DNA of 64,000 nt from Actinomycetales bacterium (GCA_018969715.1 JAGWXT010000001.1:74877-138876); one strand, 5' to 3'; shown: positions 1-10,425, numbered from the stretch's first letter. Translations and numbers: made by a program. The notes: generated by a model from the sequence alone, not told the origin.

Positions 1-593
1 GGCTGCAGCGGCTGAAGGAACTGGAGCAGATCGACTTCGACGACGTCGCGGGGGCGTCGATGACGAAGAAGGAGCTGCTCGTCCTGCGTCGCGAGAAGGA
101 GAAGCTCGACCGAATTCTCGGGGGGATCCGCAACATGTCCCGCGTACCCTCGGCGATCTGGGTGGTTGACACGAACAAGGAGGCCATCGCTGTCGCGGAG
201 GCCCGCAAGCTTGGGATCCCGGTGATCGCGATCCTGGACAGTAACTGCGACCCCGATGAGATCGACTACCCGATCCCCGGAAACGATGACGCCATCCGTG
301 CCATCGGCCTGCTCACCCATGTCATCTCGGATGCGATCGTCGAGGGTCTCAAGTCACGAGCCGGTGGCGCGGTGGGCGTGGTGGCCGAGCCGCTGCCGCA
401 GTGGGAGGCTGAACTGTTCGCGGGTGCAGCCGGGGCCGGCGAGGCTGAGGCCGGGGCCGGCGGGGCTGAGGCCGGGGCCGGCGTCCCGGTCAGCGCTGAG
501 GGTGAACTGGCCGGGGGTGAGGCCGACGCCCCGGCCACCGCCGAGGTTGAGGTGCTCGTCGATATCGCTGCCGTGGAAGGGGAGTCACGATGA
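1..593 (+). CDS. rpsB: 30S ribosomal protein S2, 5'-truncated by the window edge, with an Ala/Gly/Glu-rich C-terminal tail
   Basis: The frame is open from the window edge. The conserved S2 core is present ([24 protein letters not shown]...[34 protein letters not shown]). ATGA overlap with tsf at 590-593. Confidence 0.93.
   Translation, partial: LQRLKELEQIDFDDVAGASMTKKELLVLRREKEKLDRILGGIRNMSRVPSAIWVVDTNKEAIAVAEARKLGIPVIAILDSNCDPDEIDYPIPGNDDAIRAIGLLTHVISDAIVEGLKSRAGGAVGVVAEPLPQWEAELFAGAAGAGEAEAGAGGAEAGAGVPVSAEGELAGGEADAPATAEVEVLVDIAAVEGESR
429..491 (+). repeat. 21-bp in-frame tandem repeat (about 2.6 copies) in the rpsB tail
   Basis: gccggggccggcgaggctgag / gccggggccggcggggctgag / gccggggccggcg..., encoding [14 protein letters not shown]. 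Confidence 0.9.
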
Positions 594-1423
594 CTGTCAG
601 TGCCGCCGACGTCAAGCGGCTGCGGGACACGACCGGTGCCGGAATGCTCGACTGCCGCAACGCCCTTGCCGAGGCGGAGGGGGATGTTGAGCGGGCCATT
701 GAGATCCTGCGCGTGAAGGGCGCCAAGGGCGTTGGCAAGCGCGAGGGGAGGACCGCCGGCAAGGGGCTGGTCATCGCGGTGACACCCGGTGACGGTCGCG
801 GCACCCTGCTCGAACTTGCCTGCGAGACCGACTTCGTCGCCAAGACACCGGCATTCCAGGAGCTCGCCGCCATGGTGGCCGAACTTGCCCATGCGCAGTC
901 CGCAGGTGAGGTCGCGACAGTCCTCACGCTCACCGATGGCGAGGGCCGCACCGTGCAGCAGCTGCTGGACGATGCGAATGCCGCGATGGGGGAGAAGGTG
1001 GAGGTGCGGCGCGTTGCGCACATGGCAACGGGCCACCTCAGTTCCTACGTCCACAAGTCCGATCCGGGGCTGCCGCCCTCCCTTGGGGTGCTGCTCGCCC
1101 TCGATGTCGATGCGGCCGATCTGGGTCGGGATGTTGCCCAGCAGGTCGCGGCCATGGCGCCCCGCTACATCGTGCGCGAGGAGGTGCCGGCGGCGGAGGT
1201 CGCGGCCGAGCGTCGAATCGCCGAGGACAAGGCGCGCGAGGAGGGCAAGCCCGAGCAGGCCATCGGTCGCATCGTCGAGGGCCGGCTCACCGCCTACTAC
1301 CGGGACACCGTGCTCGTCGACCAGGCGTGGGTGCGCGATCCCTCCGTCACGATCGGGTCACTGCTCGCGGATCGGGGGGCGACGGTGACGCAGATGGTGC
1401 GCTTCAAGGTCGGCTCCTCCTGA
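590..1423 (+). CDS. tsf: Elongation factor Ts
   Basis: N-terminus [40 protein letters not shown] is the EF-Ts UBA-like domain. Sits in rpsB-tsf-pyrH-frr synteny. Confidence 0.95.
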   Translation: MTVSAADVKRLRDTTGAGMLDCRNALAEAEGDVERAIEILRVKGAKGVGKREGRTAGKGLVIAVTPGDGRGTLLELACETDFVAKTPAFQELAAMVAELAHAQSAGEVATVLTLTDGEGRTVQQLLDDANAAMGEKVEVRRVAHMATGHLSSYVHKSDPGLPPSLGVLLALDVDAADLGRDVAQQVAAMAPRYIVREEVPAAEVAAERRIAEDKAREEGKPEQAIGRIVEGRLTAYYRDTVLVDQAWVRDPSVTIGSLLADRGATVTQMVRFKVGSS

Positions 1424-1448
1424 GGCCCGGGCGGACGGCAGAACGAGC

Positions 1449-2273
1449 ATGGTGACCGGGAGCGGGCAGCCGGCCGGCGCTGCGGTCACCGACCGAGATG
1501 TGCCTGACCAGCGGCCCGCGCGACGTGCAAGCGGAGGCTGGCCGAGGGTGCTGCTGAAGCTCTCCGGCGAGGCGTTCGCCGGTCCTGGGCGACTGGGCGT
1601 TGATCCCGATGTGGTGGCGAGTATCGCCGCCCAGATCGCGCAGGTTGCGCGCAGTGGCACGGAGATCGCGGTGGTCATCGGGGGTGGCAACTACTTCCGC
1701 GGTGCGCAGCTGTCCGAGCGCGGGATGGAGCGCTCCCGTGCCGATTACATGGGCATGCTGGGCACGGTCATGAACTGCCTGGCGCTGCAGGACTTCCTGG
1801 AGCGACTGGGGGTCGAGACACGGGTGCAGACGGCCATCGCCATGGGTCAGGTGGCCGAGCCCTATGCACCGCGGCGGGCGGTCCGGCACCTTGAGAAGGG
1901 CCGGGTGGTGATCTTCGGTGCCGGCCTGGGGGCGCCGTTCTTCTCAACCGACACCACCGCTGCCCAGCGCGCACTCGAGGTCGGGGCCCATGTGATCCTC
2001 ATGGCCAAGACCATCGACGGTGTCTACGACGACGATCCCCGTCGCAATCCCGACGCCCGCCGGTACACCGAGGTGTCCTATGACGAGGTCCTCAACCGGG
2101 ATCTCAAGGTCGCCGATGCCACCGCGATCAGCCTCTGCCGCGACAACCGGATGCCGATCATCGTGTTCGACCTCGCCGCCCAGGGCAATATCGCCGCGGC
2201 CGCGTCGGGACAACCGGTCGGCACCCTCATCGGCGCGGCCGCGCGCCGCGACCCGGAAGGAAGTACCCGATGA
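1449..2273 (+). CDS. pyrH: UMP kinase
   Basis: Motifs [30 protein letters not shown] and [20 protein letters not shown]. The true start may lie downstream of 1449. Confidence 0.92.
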   Translation: MVTGSGQPAGAAVTDRDVPDQRPARRASGGWPRVLLKLSGEAFAGPGRLGVDPDVVASIAAQIAQVARSGTEIAVVIGGGNYFRGAQLSERGMERSRADYMGMLGTVMNCLALQDFLERLGVETRVQTAIAMGQVAEPYAPRRAVRHLEKGRVVIFGAGLGAPFFSTDTTAAQRALEVGAHVILMAKTIDGVYDDDPRRNPDARRYTEVSYDEVLNRDLKVADATAISLCRDNRMPIIVFDLAAQGNIAAAASGQPVGTLIGAAARRDPEGSTR

Positions 2274-2818
2274 TCGACGACATCCTCAGTGAGGCCGGGG
2301 ACCGCATGGACAAGGCCCTTGCGGTCGCCCGGGAGGACCTCGCCACCGTCCGCACCGGACGGGCCAATGCGGCGATGTTCAACCGCATCACCGTCGACTA
2401 CTACGGCACCCCCACCCCGATCGCCCAGCTGGCGGGCTTCCAGGTGCCCGAGGCGCGGCTGATCGTCATCACCCCCTACGACCGGTCCAGCCTGGGCGCG
2501 ATCGAACGGGCGATCCGCGACAGTGACCTCGGCGTGAACCCCACCAGCGACGGGACAGTGATCCGCGTGGCGCTACCGCAGTTGACCGAGGAGCGGCGCC
2601 GGGAGTACGTCAAGGTCGTGCGGGCCAAGTCCGAGGAGGCGCGGGTGTCGGTGCGCAATATCCGTCGGCAGGCCAAGGACCGGCTCGACAAGGAGCCGGA
2701 GGTCGGGGAGGACGATGTGCGCCGGGCGGAGAAGGCCCTCGATGAGCTGACCGCCGAACGGATCACCGCCATCGACGAGTCGCTGCGGCACAAGGAGGCC
2801 GAGTTGCTCGAGGTGTGA
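2270..2818 (+). CDS. frr: Ribosome recycling factor
   Basis: Motifs [16 protein letters not shown] and [30 protein letters not shown] overlap with the pyrH stop. Confidence 0.95.
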   Translation: MIDDILSEAGDRMDKALAVAREDLATVRTGRANAAMFNRITVDYYGTPTPIAQLAGFQVPEARLIVITPYDRSSLGAIERAIRDSDLGVNPTSDGTVIRVALPQLTEERRREYVKVVRAKSEEARVSVRNIRRQAKDRLDKEPEVGEDDVRRAEKALDELTAERITAIDESLRHKEAELLEV

Positions 2819-2864
2819 CCACCCCGAGCCCTCGCCGTTCACCCATGTCCATGCCTGCCACCCC

Positions 2865-3782
2865 ATGACCCCGTCACCCGCGATGGGGGCTCCCGCCGAT
2901 GCCCCGTCCCCACGCTCCGGTCGCAACCTCCCGGCCGCCATCGGCATCGGACTGCTCCTGGGCGGGCTGGTCGTGGGCACCCTTTTCCTCGCGGAGCCGC
3001 TGTTCATCGTCGTCGTGATCACCGCGATGGCCTGGGGTGCGGTCGAGCTCTACCGTGCCGCCGGTGCGACCGAAGCCCGGATTCGGCGCGGGGTGATGAG
3101 TGCGGTGGTGGGGATCATCGCGGTGCTCCTCGCCGCCGCCCTGGCCGGCGCCACCGGCATGATGCTCGCCTTCGCAGCGGCCTTCCTCATCGGTGCCGTC
3201 CTGCGGCTGCGTGGTGGGCCCGATGGCTACCTCGCCGATATCGGCCTGCTCTCGTTCACCCTTGCCTACCTCGGTGTGCTGCCCGGCTTCGTCATGCTGC
3301 TGCTGCGCCATGCAGATGGTCAGCAGTGGGTGTTCGTGTTCATCGCCCTGACCGTTGCCAACGATGTCGGCGGTTACGCCGTGGGCGCCCTCTTCGGGCG
3401 ACATAAGGTCGCCCCCGCGCTGTCGCCATCGAAGTCGTGGGAGGGACTGGTCGGCTCACTCATCGCTCAGGTGGCCGTCGGGTGCTGGTTGTTCCCTGCG
3501 CTGCTCGGGCTGCCGTGGTGGTTGGGCGGCATCGTGGGGGTGCTGCTGACGGCCGTGGCAACCACTGGCGATGTGCTGGAGAGTGCGATCAAGCGCGATG
3601 CCGGGGTGAAGGACTCCGGCAACTCACTGCCGGGCCATGGTGGGATTCTCGACCGACTCGACTCGCTGCTGCCCAATGCCGCGGCGGCCTACCTGATCGT
3701 CGTCCTGCTCGACCTCGCCACCGAACGGCTGGGAGCCGATCTGCGTGCCGGGGACTGGGTTGGGCTGCTACCACTGGGCTAG
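2865..3782 (+). CDS. cdsA: Phosphatidate cytidylyltransferase (CDP-diglyceride synthase)
   Basis: Multi-TM protein ending in the family signature SAIKRDAGVKDSGNSLPGHGGILDRLDS. Confidence 0.92.
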   Translation: MTPSPAMGAPADAPSPRSGRNLPAAIGIGLLLGGLVVGTLFLAEPLFIVVVITAMAWGAVELYRAAGATEARIRRGVMSAVVGIIAVLLAAALAGATGMMLAFAAAFLIGAVLRLRGGPDGYLADIGLLSFTLAYLGVLPGFVMLLLRHADGQQWVFVFIALTVANDVGGYAVGALFGRHKVAPALSPSKSWEGLVGSLIAQVAVGCWLFPALLGLPWWLGGIVGVLLTAVATTGDVLESAIKRDAGVKDSGNSLPGHGGILDRLDSLLPNAAAAYLIVVLLDLATERLGADLRAGDWVGLLPLG

Positions 3783-4934
3783 ATGGCCAAGCCGCCGCCG
3801 CACCTCATCGAGCTCACCCCGCAGCAGCGGCGGGAGCGGGTCCTCGGCGCGGGTCTGCCCGAGTTCCGAGCTGCCCAGCTCACCCGGCACTGGTTCGCGC
3901 TGCACGACGACCCCGGCCAGTGGACCGACATCCCCGCCGATCAACGGGCCGTGCTGGCCGAGGCGCTGTTGCCGGAACTGCTCAGCGAGGTGCGGGAGGT
4001 CACCACCGATGAGGGGATGACACGCAAGACGCTCTGGCGCCTCCATGACGGCGTGATGGTGGAGAGCGTCCTGATGGCCTATCCCGACCGTGTCACCGTG
4101 TGCATCTCGACCCAGGCCGGCTGCGCCATGGACTGCCCCTTCTGCGCCACGGGGCAGGGTGGGCTGCAGCGCAACCTCAGCACGGCGGAGATCGTCGCGC
4201 AGGTGCGCGCGGCCGCGATCACGGCCCGGGACGGGGCGGTGGGCGGGCGACCGCGCCGGCTGAGCAATGTCGTCCTGATGGGCATGGGTGAACCGCTCGC
4301 CAACGCCGCTGCGGTGTTCCCCGCCCTCCGGCTGCTCATCGACCCGGTACCCCACGGACTGGGCCTGAGTGCGCGAAAGGTGACCGTCTCGACGGTGGGG
4401 GTGGTGCCGCGGATGATCGCCCTGGCCGATCTGGGCCTGCCGGTCACCCTCGCGGTTTCCCTGCACGCTCCGGACGACGAGCTGCGCAGCACGCTGGTCC
4501 CGCTCAATCGTCGCTATCCGGTCGGCGAAGTCCTTGCTGCCGCATGGCAGTACGCCGCGCGGACCGGACGTCGGGTGTCCATCGAGTACGCGCTCATCGG
4601 CGGGGTGAATGACCAGGCGGAACGGGCCGAGCACCTGGCAGGGCTGCTTGCCGGGCGCAGTGCGCATGTCAACCTCATCCCGCTCAACACCACCGCCGGG
4701 TCGGTCTGGCGGGCCTCGCCGGTGCGGGTCCAGCAGCGGTTCTGCGAGGTGCTGCGCACCAGGGGCATCCCGGTGACCGTCCGGGACACCCGGGGCGCGG
4801 GGATCGACGGCGCCTGCGGGCAACTGGCAGGCCAGCGGGCTCCGCGGGGGTCAGGTGAACGCGCGCTCGCCGGTCAGCGCCGCGCCGACGATGAGGGTGT
4901 GAATGTCGTGGGTGCCCTCGTAGGTGAGCACTGA
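3783..4934 (+). CDS. rlmN: 23S rRNA/tRNA (adenine-C2)-methyltransferase, radical SAM
   Basis: Radical-SAM cluster [19 protein letters not shown], and C-terminal GIDGACGQL. The last ~28 codons run antisense over the convergent acyl-CoA dehydrogenase gene. Confidence 0.92.
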   Translation: MAKPPPHLIELTPQQRRERVLGAGLPEFRAAQLTRHWFALHDDPGQWTDIPADQRAVLAEALLPELLSEVREVTTDEGMTRKTLWRLHDGVMVESVLMAYPDRVTVCISTQAGCAMDCPFCATGQGGLQRNLSTAEIVAQVRAAAITARDGAVGGRPRRLSNVVLMGMGEPLANAAAVFPALRLLIDPVPHGLGLSARKVTVSTVGVVPRMIALADLGLPVTLAVSLHAPDDELRSTLVPLNRRYPVGEVLAAAWQYAARTGRRVSIEYALIGGVNDQAERAEHLAGLLAGRSAHVNLIPLNTTAGSVWRASPVRVQQRFCEVLRTRGIPVTVRDTRGAGIDGACGQLAGQRAPRGSGERALAGQRRADDEGVNVVGALVGEH

Positions 4935-6035
4935 CTCGAGGTTCAGCAGGTGGCGCACGATCGGGTAGTCCAGGGTGATGCCGCTGCCGCCGAGGATCGC
5001 GCGGGCCTGCCGGGCAATGCCCAGGGCTGCGCTGACGTTGGCGAACTTGCCCAGGCTCACCTGCTCCGGCCGCAGCCCCTGCCTGGCCTTGAGGCTGCCC
5101 AGCCGGTGGGCGAGCAGGACCCCCGAGGTGTACGCGGCCGCCATCTCGACCAGGGCGCGCTGCTGCAGCTGGAAGGACCCGATCGGGCGCCCGAAGGCCT
5201 GCCGGGTGTGGGCGTACTCCAATGCGGTGGTGAGGCAGTCCCGGGCCGCGCCCATTACCCCAAAGATGATTCCGAATCGCGCCTCATTCAAACAGGTGAG
5301 CGCCGAGCCGAGGCCCCGCACATCGGGCAGGACAGCGTCGGCCGGAAGACGGACGCCATCGAGGATGAGCTCACTTGTGATCGAGGCGCGCAACGACATC
5401 TTGCGGGGGATGTCGACAGCGGTGAAGCCGGGGGTTCCGGTGGGGACGAGGAAGCCGGCGATCCCGGTCTCCGTGCGGGCCCAGACGATCGCGATATCGG
5501 CGACGGAGCCGTTGGTGATCCACATCTTGCGACCGTTGAGCAGCCAGTCGCCGCCGGGGGTGCGGTGGGCGGTCGTGCGCATGGCCGCCGGGTCGGAGCC
5601 GGCATCCGGCTCGGTCAGGCCGAAGCAGCCGACCGCCTCTCCCCGCGCCAGCGCGGGCAACCACTCGGTGCGCTGCTGTTGGCTGCCGTAGGTGCGCAGG
5701 GCGAACATCGCCAGGGAGCCGGTGACCGACACGAGGCTGCGCAGGCCTGAGTCGGCAGCCTCAAGCTCGGTGCACACCACCCCGTAGCTGATCGGGTCAG
5801 CGCCCACGCAGCCGTAGTCCGACAGCTGCATCCCGAGCACGCCGAGGCTGCCGAGCCCGCGCGCGATCTCGCGCACCGGCAGGTGACCGGCCTCGAACCA
5901 GTCCGACAGGTGGGGGCGAATCTGATCATCGAGATAGGAGCGGACAAGGGCGGCGAACTGACGCTGCTCATCGGTGAGCAGGCCGGAGAGGTCACCGAGC
6001 AGATCCGGGTCAGTCACCCCCGCCATGGGGGTCAT
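4851..6035 (-). CDS. Acyl-CoA dehydrogenase (glutaryl-CoA dehydrogenase-like)
   Basis: Motifs [25 protein letters not shown] and [11 protein letters not shown]. Start set at ATG 6035 (MTPMAGV). The 65 extra N-terminal residues in the ORF track do not look ACAD-like. Confidence 0.85.
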   Translation of the reverse strand: MTPMAGVTDPDLLGDLSGLLTDEQRQFAALVRSYLDDQIRPHLSDWFEAGHLPVREIARGLGSLGVLGMQLSDYGCVGADPISYGVVCTELEAADSGLRSLVSVTGSLAMFALRTYGSQQQRTEWLPALARGEAVGCFGLTEPDAGSDPAAMRTTAHRTPGGDWLLNGRKMWITNGSVADIAIVWARTETGIAGFLVPTGTPGFTAVDIPRKMSLRASITSELILDGVRLPADAVLPDVRGLGSALTCLNEARFGIIFGVMGAARDCLTTALEYAHTRQAFGRPIGSFQLQQRALVEMAAAYTSGVLLAHRLGSLKARQGLRPEQVSLGKFANVSAALGIARQARAILGGSGITLDYPIVRHLLNLESVLTYEGTHDIHTLIVGAALTGERAFT

Positions 6036-6081
6036 GCTACGCACCGCGCGCCCAGGCCGAACCTGTGACAGCATCGCGGCT

Positions 6082-6555
6082 ATGAGATTCGCACAGCAGC
6101 GCATCCGGTCCGCGTCAAGTGGACGTCGCCTCCTCATCATCGCCGCGACCATCTGCGCGGCGGTGATCGCCCCCGCCGGGGCTGCGGCCCATTCGAGCCT
6201 GACCGCCAGTAATCCGGCGAACGGTGCCACCGTGACCTCGCGCCCGAGTCAGGCGACGCTCACCTTCAATGAGCCGATCATCGCCAAGGGAAGCGCCTTC
6301 ACCCTCATCGACCGGACCAAGCAGGCACCGCGACCGCTGACGGCGAAGTATCGCGGGGCGAAGGTCACCCTGACATTGCCAGCCCAGATCGCCACCGGAC
6401 CGGTGACGATCAACTACCGCATCGTCAGCGCCGATGGCCACCCCGTCACCGGGAAGGTTGCCTTCACCTACAAGGACGCCGGTGCCGGCGCGGGTGCCGA
6501 CGCCGGTGCCGGCCCGGGTGCCGGCGCGGGCGGCGGTGGTGACGCGTCGTACTAG
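6082..6555 (+). CDS. CopC-domain copper-binding/resistance protein, secreted
   Basis: Signal peptide RRLLIIAATICAAVIAPAGAAA followed by the mature N-terminal HSSL...P.NG motif and YRIVSADGHPVTG. Gly/Ala-rich tail. Start set at ATG 6082. Confidence 0.8.
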   Translation: MRFAQQRIRSASSGRRLLIIAATICAAVIAPAGAAAHSSLTASNPANGATVTSRPSQATLTFNEPIIAKGSAFTLIDRTKQAPRPLTAKYRGAKVTLTLPAQIATGPVTINYRIVSADGHPVTGKVAFTYKDAGAGAGADAGAGPGAGAGGGGDASY

Positions 6556-6616
6556 GTGGTGACGCGTCGTACGAGGTGGTGCCGCGTCGTACGAGGTGGT
6601 GCCGCGTCGTACGAGG
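6535..6616. repeat. 20-bp tandem repeat x4 spanning the copC stop codon
   Basis: ggtggtgacgcgtcgtacTAg, then three units with GAG at the same place (ggtggtgacgcgtcgtacgag, ggtggtgccgcgtcgtacgag x2). Confidence 0.95.
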
Positions 6617-6644
6617 GAATCGCTGAGCGTCGCGGGGGTCGCGG

Positions 6645-8057
6645 TCAGCCGGTGAGGCGGTCGATCACGGCGGTCAGCGCACTGGGGCGTCCCGTGCGTG
6701 TCTCCTGACGGTCGGCCCACTGGGCGGCCTGCAGGGCGGTGTTGACGCCCAGCCAGCGCCAGGGTTCCGGCTCCCACCGCGGGCTGCGGTGGCCCACCCA
6801 GGGCAGGGTGAGCAGGTCGGTGTCGACGCTCGCGCGGGGGGCGATCAGCGCGGTGAGCGTGCGGGCGGCCAGGTGTGAGGCGGCGACGCCGTCGCCGACA
6901 TAGCCGCCCGCCCAGGCCAGCCCGGTCCGCTGGTCCAGTCCGACACTGGGACACCAGTCGCGGGGCACACCGAGGGGGCCGCCCCACTCGGCCACCACGC
7001 GCGCGGTGCCGGCCGCCGGCAGCAGGTCGGCGAGCGTCCGGTGCAGCCCCCGGTGGGTGGGCCGGTGGTGATCGAACAGCGGGGAGATCGCCGAGTTCAG
7101 GTGGTACGGGGCGCCGCGGCCGCCGATCGCGATGCGGTCATCGGCAGTGCGCTGGGCGTACAGGATCACCGATCCCCACGTCCCCACCGTGGTGCGTTCA
7201 TGCAACCCGATCCGCTCCCAGGTCGCCGGCGGCAGCGGTTCGGTGGCGATCATCAGGGAGTAGACCGGGATCACCTCGCGTGCGGACTCTGCGCGGCGAC
7301 TGCGGTAGGCCTCCGTGGCATCGACGATCACCTCCGCCCGGACACGGCCAGCGGGGGTGTGAGCGAGGTGGCCGGTGACGGCGGTCACGGGTGTCCGCTC
7401 GACGATGCGCACCCCGCTCCGCTCGACAGCGGCGGCCAGCCCGAGGACAGCCTGCGCCGGGTTCAGCACGGCGCACGCTCGCCCGTAGGTTGCGCCGAGC
7501 AGGCCGTGCGCGTCGACGATCTCGCGTGCCTCCGCCCGGGGCAGCCACCGCAGGTGGTCGGCCCCCAGGCCCCAGGTGCGAGCGTCGGCCACCGCCTGCT
7601 GGGCGCGCGTCACCTGCGGCTCGTTGCAGGCAAGGCTGATCGTCCCCCCCTGCTGCCAGCCGCAGTCGATGCCGGCGGCGGCGAGATCGGCCCCGACGGC
7701 GGTCACGGTGGCATCGAGGGCGCGCTGCATCCGCAGCGCCGCATCGCGGCCCCCGCCGAGAGCGGCCAGACGGTCCAGGGAGGTGGGGAAGTAGGCCGAG
7801 CACCAGCCGCCATTGCGCCCGCTGGCGCCGAAGCCGACATGTGCGGCCTCGATGACGAGGATGCGCAGTGCGGGGTCGGCCGCGGCGAGATGGAAGGCCG
7901 TCCACAGTCCGGTGAAGCCGCCCCCGACGATGGCGACATCAACGTCCACGGACCCCGCCAGCGTGGGCCGCCTCGGCGCGGACAGCGACTGCCACCACAG
8001 GCAGCGAGCGACGGCGTTGTCCGACACCGATGGCACCGGCCTGGCGGGTCCGATCAT
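6645..8057 (-). CDS. FAD-dependent oxidoreductase (PuuB/DadA-type amine oxidase-like)
   Basis: Rossmann motif DVAIVGGGFTGLWTAFHLA and GASGRNGGW. ATGA overlap with the stop of the upstream PNPOx-like gene (8054-8057). Confidence 0.85.
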   Translation of the reverse strand: MIGPARPVPSVSDNAVARCLWWQSLSAPRRPTLAGSVDVDVAIVGGGFTGLWTAFHLAAADPALRILVIEAAHVGFGASGRNGGWCSAYFPTSLDRLAALGGGRDAALRMQRALDATVTAVGADLAAAGIDCGWQQGGTISLACNEPQVTRAQQAVADARTWGLGADHLRWLPRAEAREIVDAHGLLGATYGRACAVLNPAQAVLGLAAAVERSGVRIVERTPVTAVTGHLAHTPAGRVRAEVIVDATEAYRSRRAESAREVIPVYSLMIATEPLPPATWERIGLHERTTVGTWGSVILYAQRTADDRIAIGGRGAPYHLNSAISPLFDHHRPTHRGLHRTLADLLPAAGTARVVAEWGGPLGVPRDWCPSVGLDQRTGLAWAGGYVGDGVAASHLAARTLTALIAPRASVDTDLLTLPWVGHRSPRWEPEPWRWLGVNTALQAAQWADRQETRTGRPSALTAVIDRLTG

Positions 8058-8737
8058 GGACGGGCGTTGACGCGCTCGACGAGGGCCTGCACGCTCGCCG
8101 GCACCGGCAGCCCCGCGGACTCCTCATCGGCGGGTACCGGCGTCCCCGCCCGCGAGGTCAGGGGAACCCAGCCGGCCCACACCTGCTGGCCGCGCTCCTC
8201 GGCCGGGTCGTCGGGGTGCTTGGCGCCCACCTTCAGAGCCCACTCGGTCAGCGGCATCGCGAGGATCATCGTGGCCGCCAGCTCCCGCGCGGTCGGGGGC
8301 CGGATCTCCGCGCTGCGGCCGGGGATGAGCGTCTCGGTGAGTCGGTCCAGGGCCGCGACCGCCCCAGGTGAGCCCTGCCCGAGCTCCGCGGAGCCCTGCT
8401 CGACGATTGGGTGGAAGGTGCCGTAGATCACCGCACTGCGGTAGTGCATGGAGGAGTCGAAGGCACTGCGCGCCACCACGATGCCGGTGACCTCGGTGAC
8501 GGTGACGCAGGCACCCGCCCCCTCGGCGAGGGCGCGCATCAGGCGCGAGCCGGTCGAGCCGTGGACGAGGAGGGTGTCGCCATCGCGGGCGTGGGCCATC
8601 GGCAGGACGTGGACGCCGTCATCGAGGGCCACGCCCACATGGCAGTACACCGTTGCGTCCAGCAGGTCGTTCAGGGTGGCCCGATCGGTGACCTGGCGCT
8701 CGGGCAGTCGCCGAACCCTGGTTCGCGCGTCGCTCAC
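8054..8737 (-). CDS. Pyridoxamine 5'-phosphate oxidase-like (split-barrel) flavoprotein family protein
   Basis: Pattern LPERQVTDRATLNDLLDATVYCHVGV...LPMAHARDGDTLLVHGS...SSMHYRSAVIYG. GTGA overlap with the aminotransferase stop (8734-8737). Confidence 0.7.
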   Translation of the reverse strand: MSDARTRVRRLPERQVTDRATLNDLLDATVYCHVGVALDDGVHVLPMAHARDGDTLLVHGSTGSRLMRALAEGAGACVTVTEVTGIVVARSAFDSSMHYRSAVIYGTFHPIVEQGSAELGQGSPGAVAALDRLTETLIPGRSAEIRPPTARELAATMILAMPLTEWALKVGAKHPDDPAEERGQQVWAGWVPLTSRAGTPVPADEESAGLPVPASVQALVERVNARP

Positions 8738-10200
8738 AGCCGACGCCAGGCCTCGGTCAGGACCGACCGAAGGATCTGCGCGATCTCATCGAACAGCGAT
8801 GCGTCCGCAATCAGCGGCGGTGCCAGCTGGATCACCGGATCCCCCCGGTCATCGGTACGGCAGTAGAGCCCGGCATCGAATAGGGCCGTCGAGAGGAAGC
8901 CACGCAGCAGCCGCTCACTCTCCTCAGCGGTGAAGACCGCGCGGGTGTGCTTGTCCTTGGTCAGCTCGATGCCGTAGAAGAACCCTTCACCGCGGACGTC
9001 CCCGACGATCGGCAGGTCGGAGAGGTCCTCGAGGGTGCGCCGGAAGAGTGCCTCGTTCGCGCGCACGTGCTCATTGATCCCCTCACGCTCCATGATGTCC
9101 AAGGCGCACAATGCGACCGCCGCCGAGACGGGGTGACCGCCGAAGGTGGAGCCATGGGGGAACATGGTCGTGCCGTGCCGGTAGGGCTCGAACAGCCGGT
9201 CAGCGGCGATCATCGCCCCGATCGGGGCGTAACCGGAGGTCATTCCCTTGGCGCAGGTGATGATGTCGGGTTGGACGCCGAAGCGATTCATCGCGAACGT
9301 GTCGCCGATGCGGCCGAAGCCGGTGATGGTCTCGTCGGCAATGAGCATCACCTCATAGGCATCGCAGATCTCACGCACCCGCTCGAGGTAGCCCGGTGGC
9401 GGTGGGAAGCAGCCGCCGGAATTCTGCACCGGCTCCAGGGCGACGGCCGCGACGCTGTCGGCCCCCTCGAACTCGATCGCCTCGGCGATCCGATCGGCCG
9501 CCCAGCGTCCGAATGCCTTCGCATCCCCGGCGAAGGACTCATCAGCCCGGTAGAGGTTCGTGTTCGGAACCCGCACCGTTCCCGGTACCAGGGGTTCGAA
9601 GGGCACCTTCGCAAAGGGAATGCCCGTGATCGACAGTGCCCCCTGGCTGGTGCCGTGGTAGGCGATGGCGCGGCTGATGATCTTGTGCTTGCCGGGCCTG
9701 CCGGTGAGGCGGAAGTACTGCTTGAGCAGCTTCCACGCCGACTCCACGGCCTCCCCGCCGCCGGTGGTGAAGAACACCCGGTTGAGGTCACCCGGGGCGG
9801 CCGCCGCCAGCCGCTCGGCGAGCCGGATCGTCGGCTCCGTGGCGTATCCCCACAGCGGGAAGAACGGCAGGGTGCGCATCTGCCGGGCGGCGGCCTCGGC
9901 CAGTTCCGACCGGCCATGTCCCAGCTGGACGGTGAACAGCCCGGCCAAGCCATCGATGTAGCGACGACCGCGGTCGTCGAAGACATGGCACCCCTCCCCG
10001 CGGGTGATGATGGGGACGGGGGCGCCCTTGTCGATGGCGGCATGCCGGGTGAAGTGCAGCCACAGGTGACCCCGCAGGGCCGCCTCGAGGGCGGCGTGAT
10101 CCTGCTCAGCACGATCAAGTGCGGTGCTCAGCGAGGTATCGGCGGTCATCCCGGCCTGAGGACCAGTCCGACGATGGTCAGAAGCAGGTGTGATGGCCAT
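8734..10200 (-). CDS. Class-III PLP aminotransferase (putrescine/omega-amino acid:pyruvate transaminase-like)
   Basis: Motifs FFTTGGGEAVESAWK, ADETITGFGRIG and ITCAKGMTSGY (Schiff-base Lys). ATG 10200 is preceded by GGGAGG. ATG 10149 and the ORF-track start 10287 are alternatives. Confidence 0.85.
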   Translation of the reverse strand: MAITPASDHRRTGPQAGMTADTSLSTALDRAEQDHAALEAALRGHLWLHFTRHAAIDKGAPVPIITRGEGCHVFDDRGRRYIDGLAGLFTVQLGHGRSELAEAAARQMRTLPFFPLWGYATEPTIRLAERLAAAAPGDLNRVFFTTGGGEAVESAWKLLKQYFRLTGRPGKHKIISRAIAYHGTSQGALSITGIPFAKVPFEPLVPGTVRVPNTNLYRADESFAGDAKAFGRWAADRIAEAIEFEGADSVAAVALEPVQNSGGCFPPPPGYLERVREICDAYEVMLIADETITGFGRIGDTFAMNRFGVQPDIITCAKGMTSGYAPIGAMIAADRLFEPYRHGTTMFPHGSTFGGHPVSAAVALCALDIMEREGINEHVRANEALFRRTLEDLSDLPIVGDVRGEGFFYGIELTKDKHTRAVFTAEESERLLRGFLSTALFDAGLYCRTDDRGDPVIQLAPPLIADASLFDEIAQILRSVLTEAWRRL

Positions 10201-10425
10201 GAGGCCTCCCAGCATGGAACCACGCGATTCCAGTCGAGTGTCAGGATGGGTGACCGGGGGCGGACCCGGCCCGTCACCGGATCGCACCGCAGGTCACACG
10301 GCGATTGCTCCCGACGGTAGCAGCGCGTGGCCGATGGCGGCCCGGGGGTGCATTCGGGGCCGGGCCGGCCTAGAGTCAGGGCACCCGGGGTTGACCCGGC
10401 GTCGGCGTGCACAGCGGGAGGCAGC

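Noticed and set aside
4851-4934. The 84-nt convergent overlap of rlmN and the acyl-CoA dehydrogenase gene as a regulatory feature.
   Set aside because: The conserved RlmN C-terminus (ACGQL) ends before the overlap. The tail is most simply a run-on through a stop-poor antisense frame. It is the same phenomenon as at 54636-54983, only shorter.
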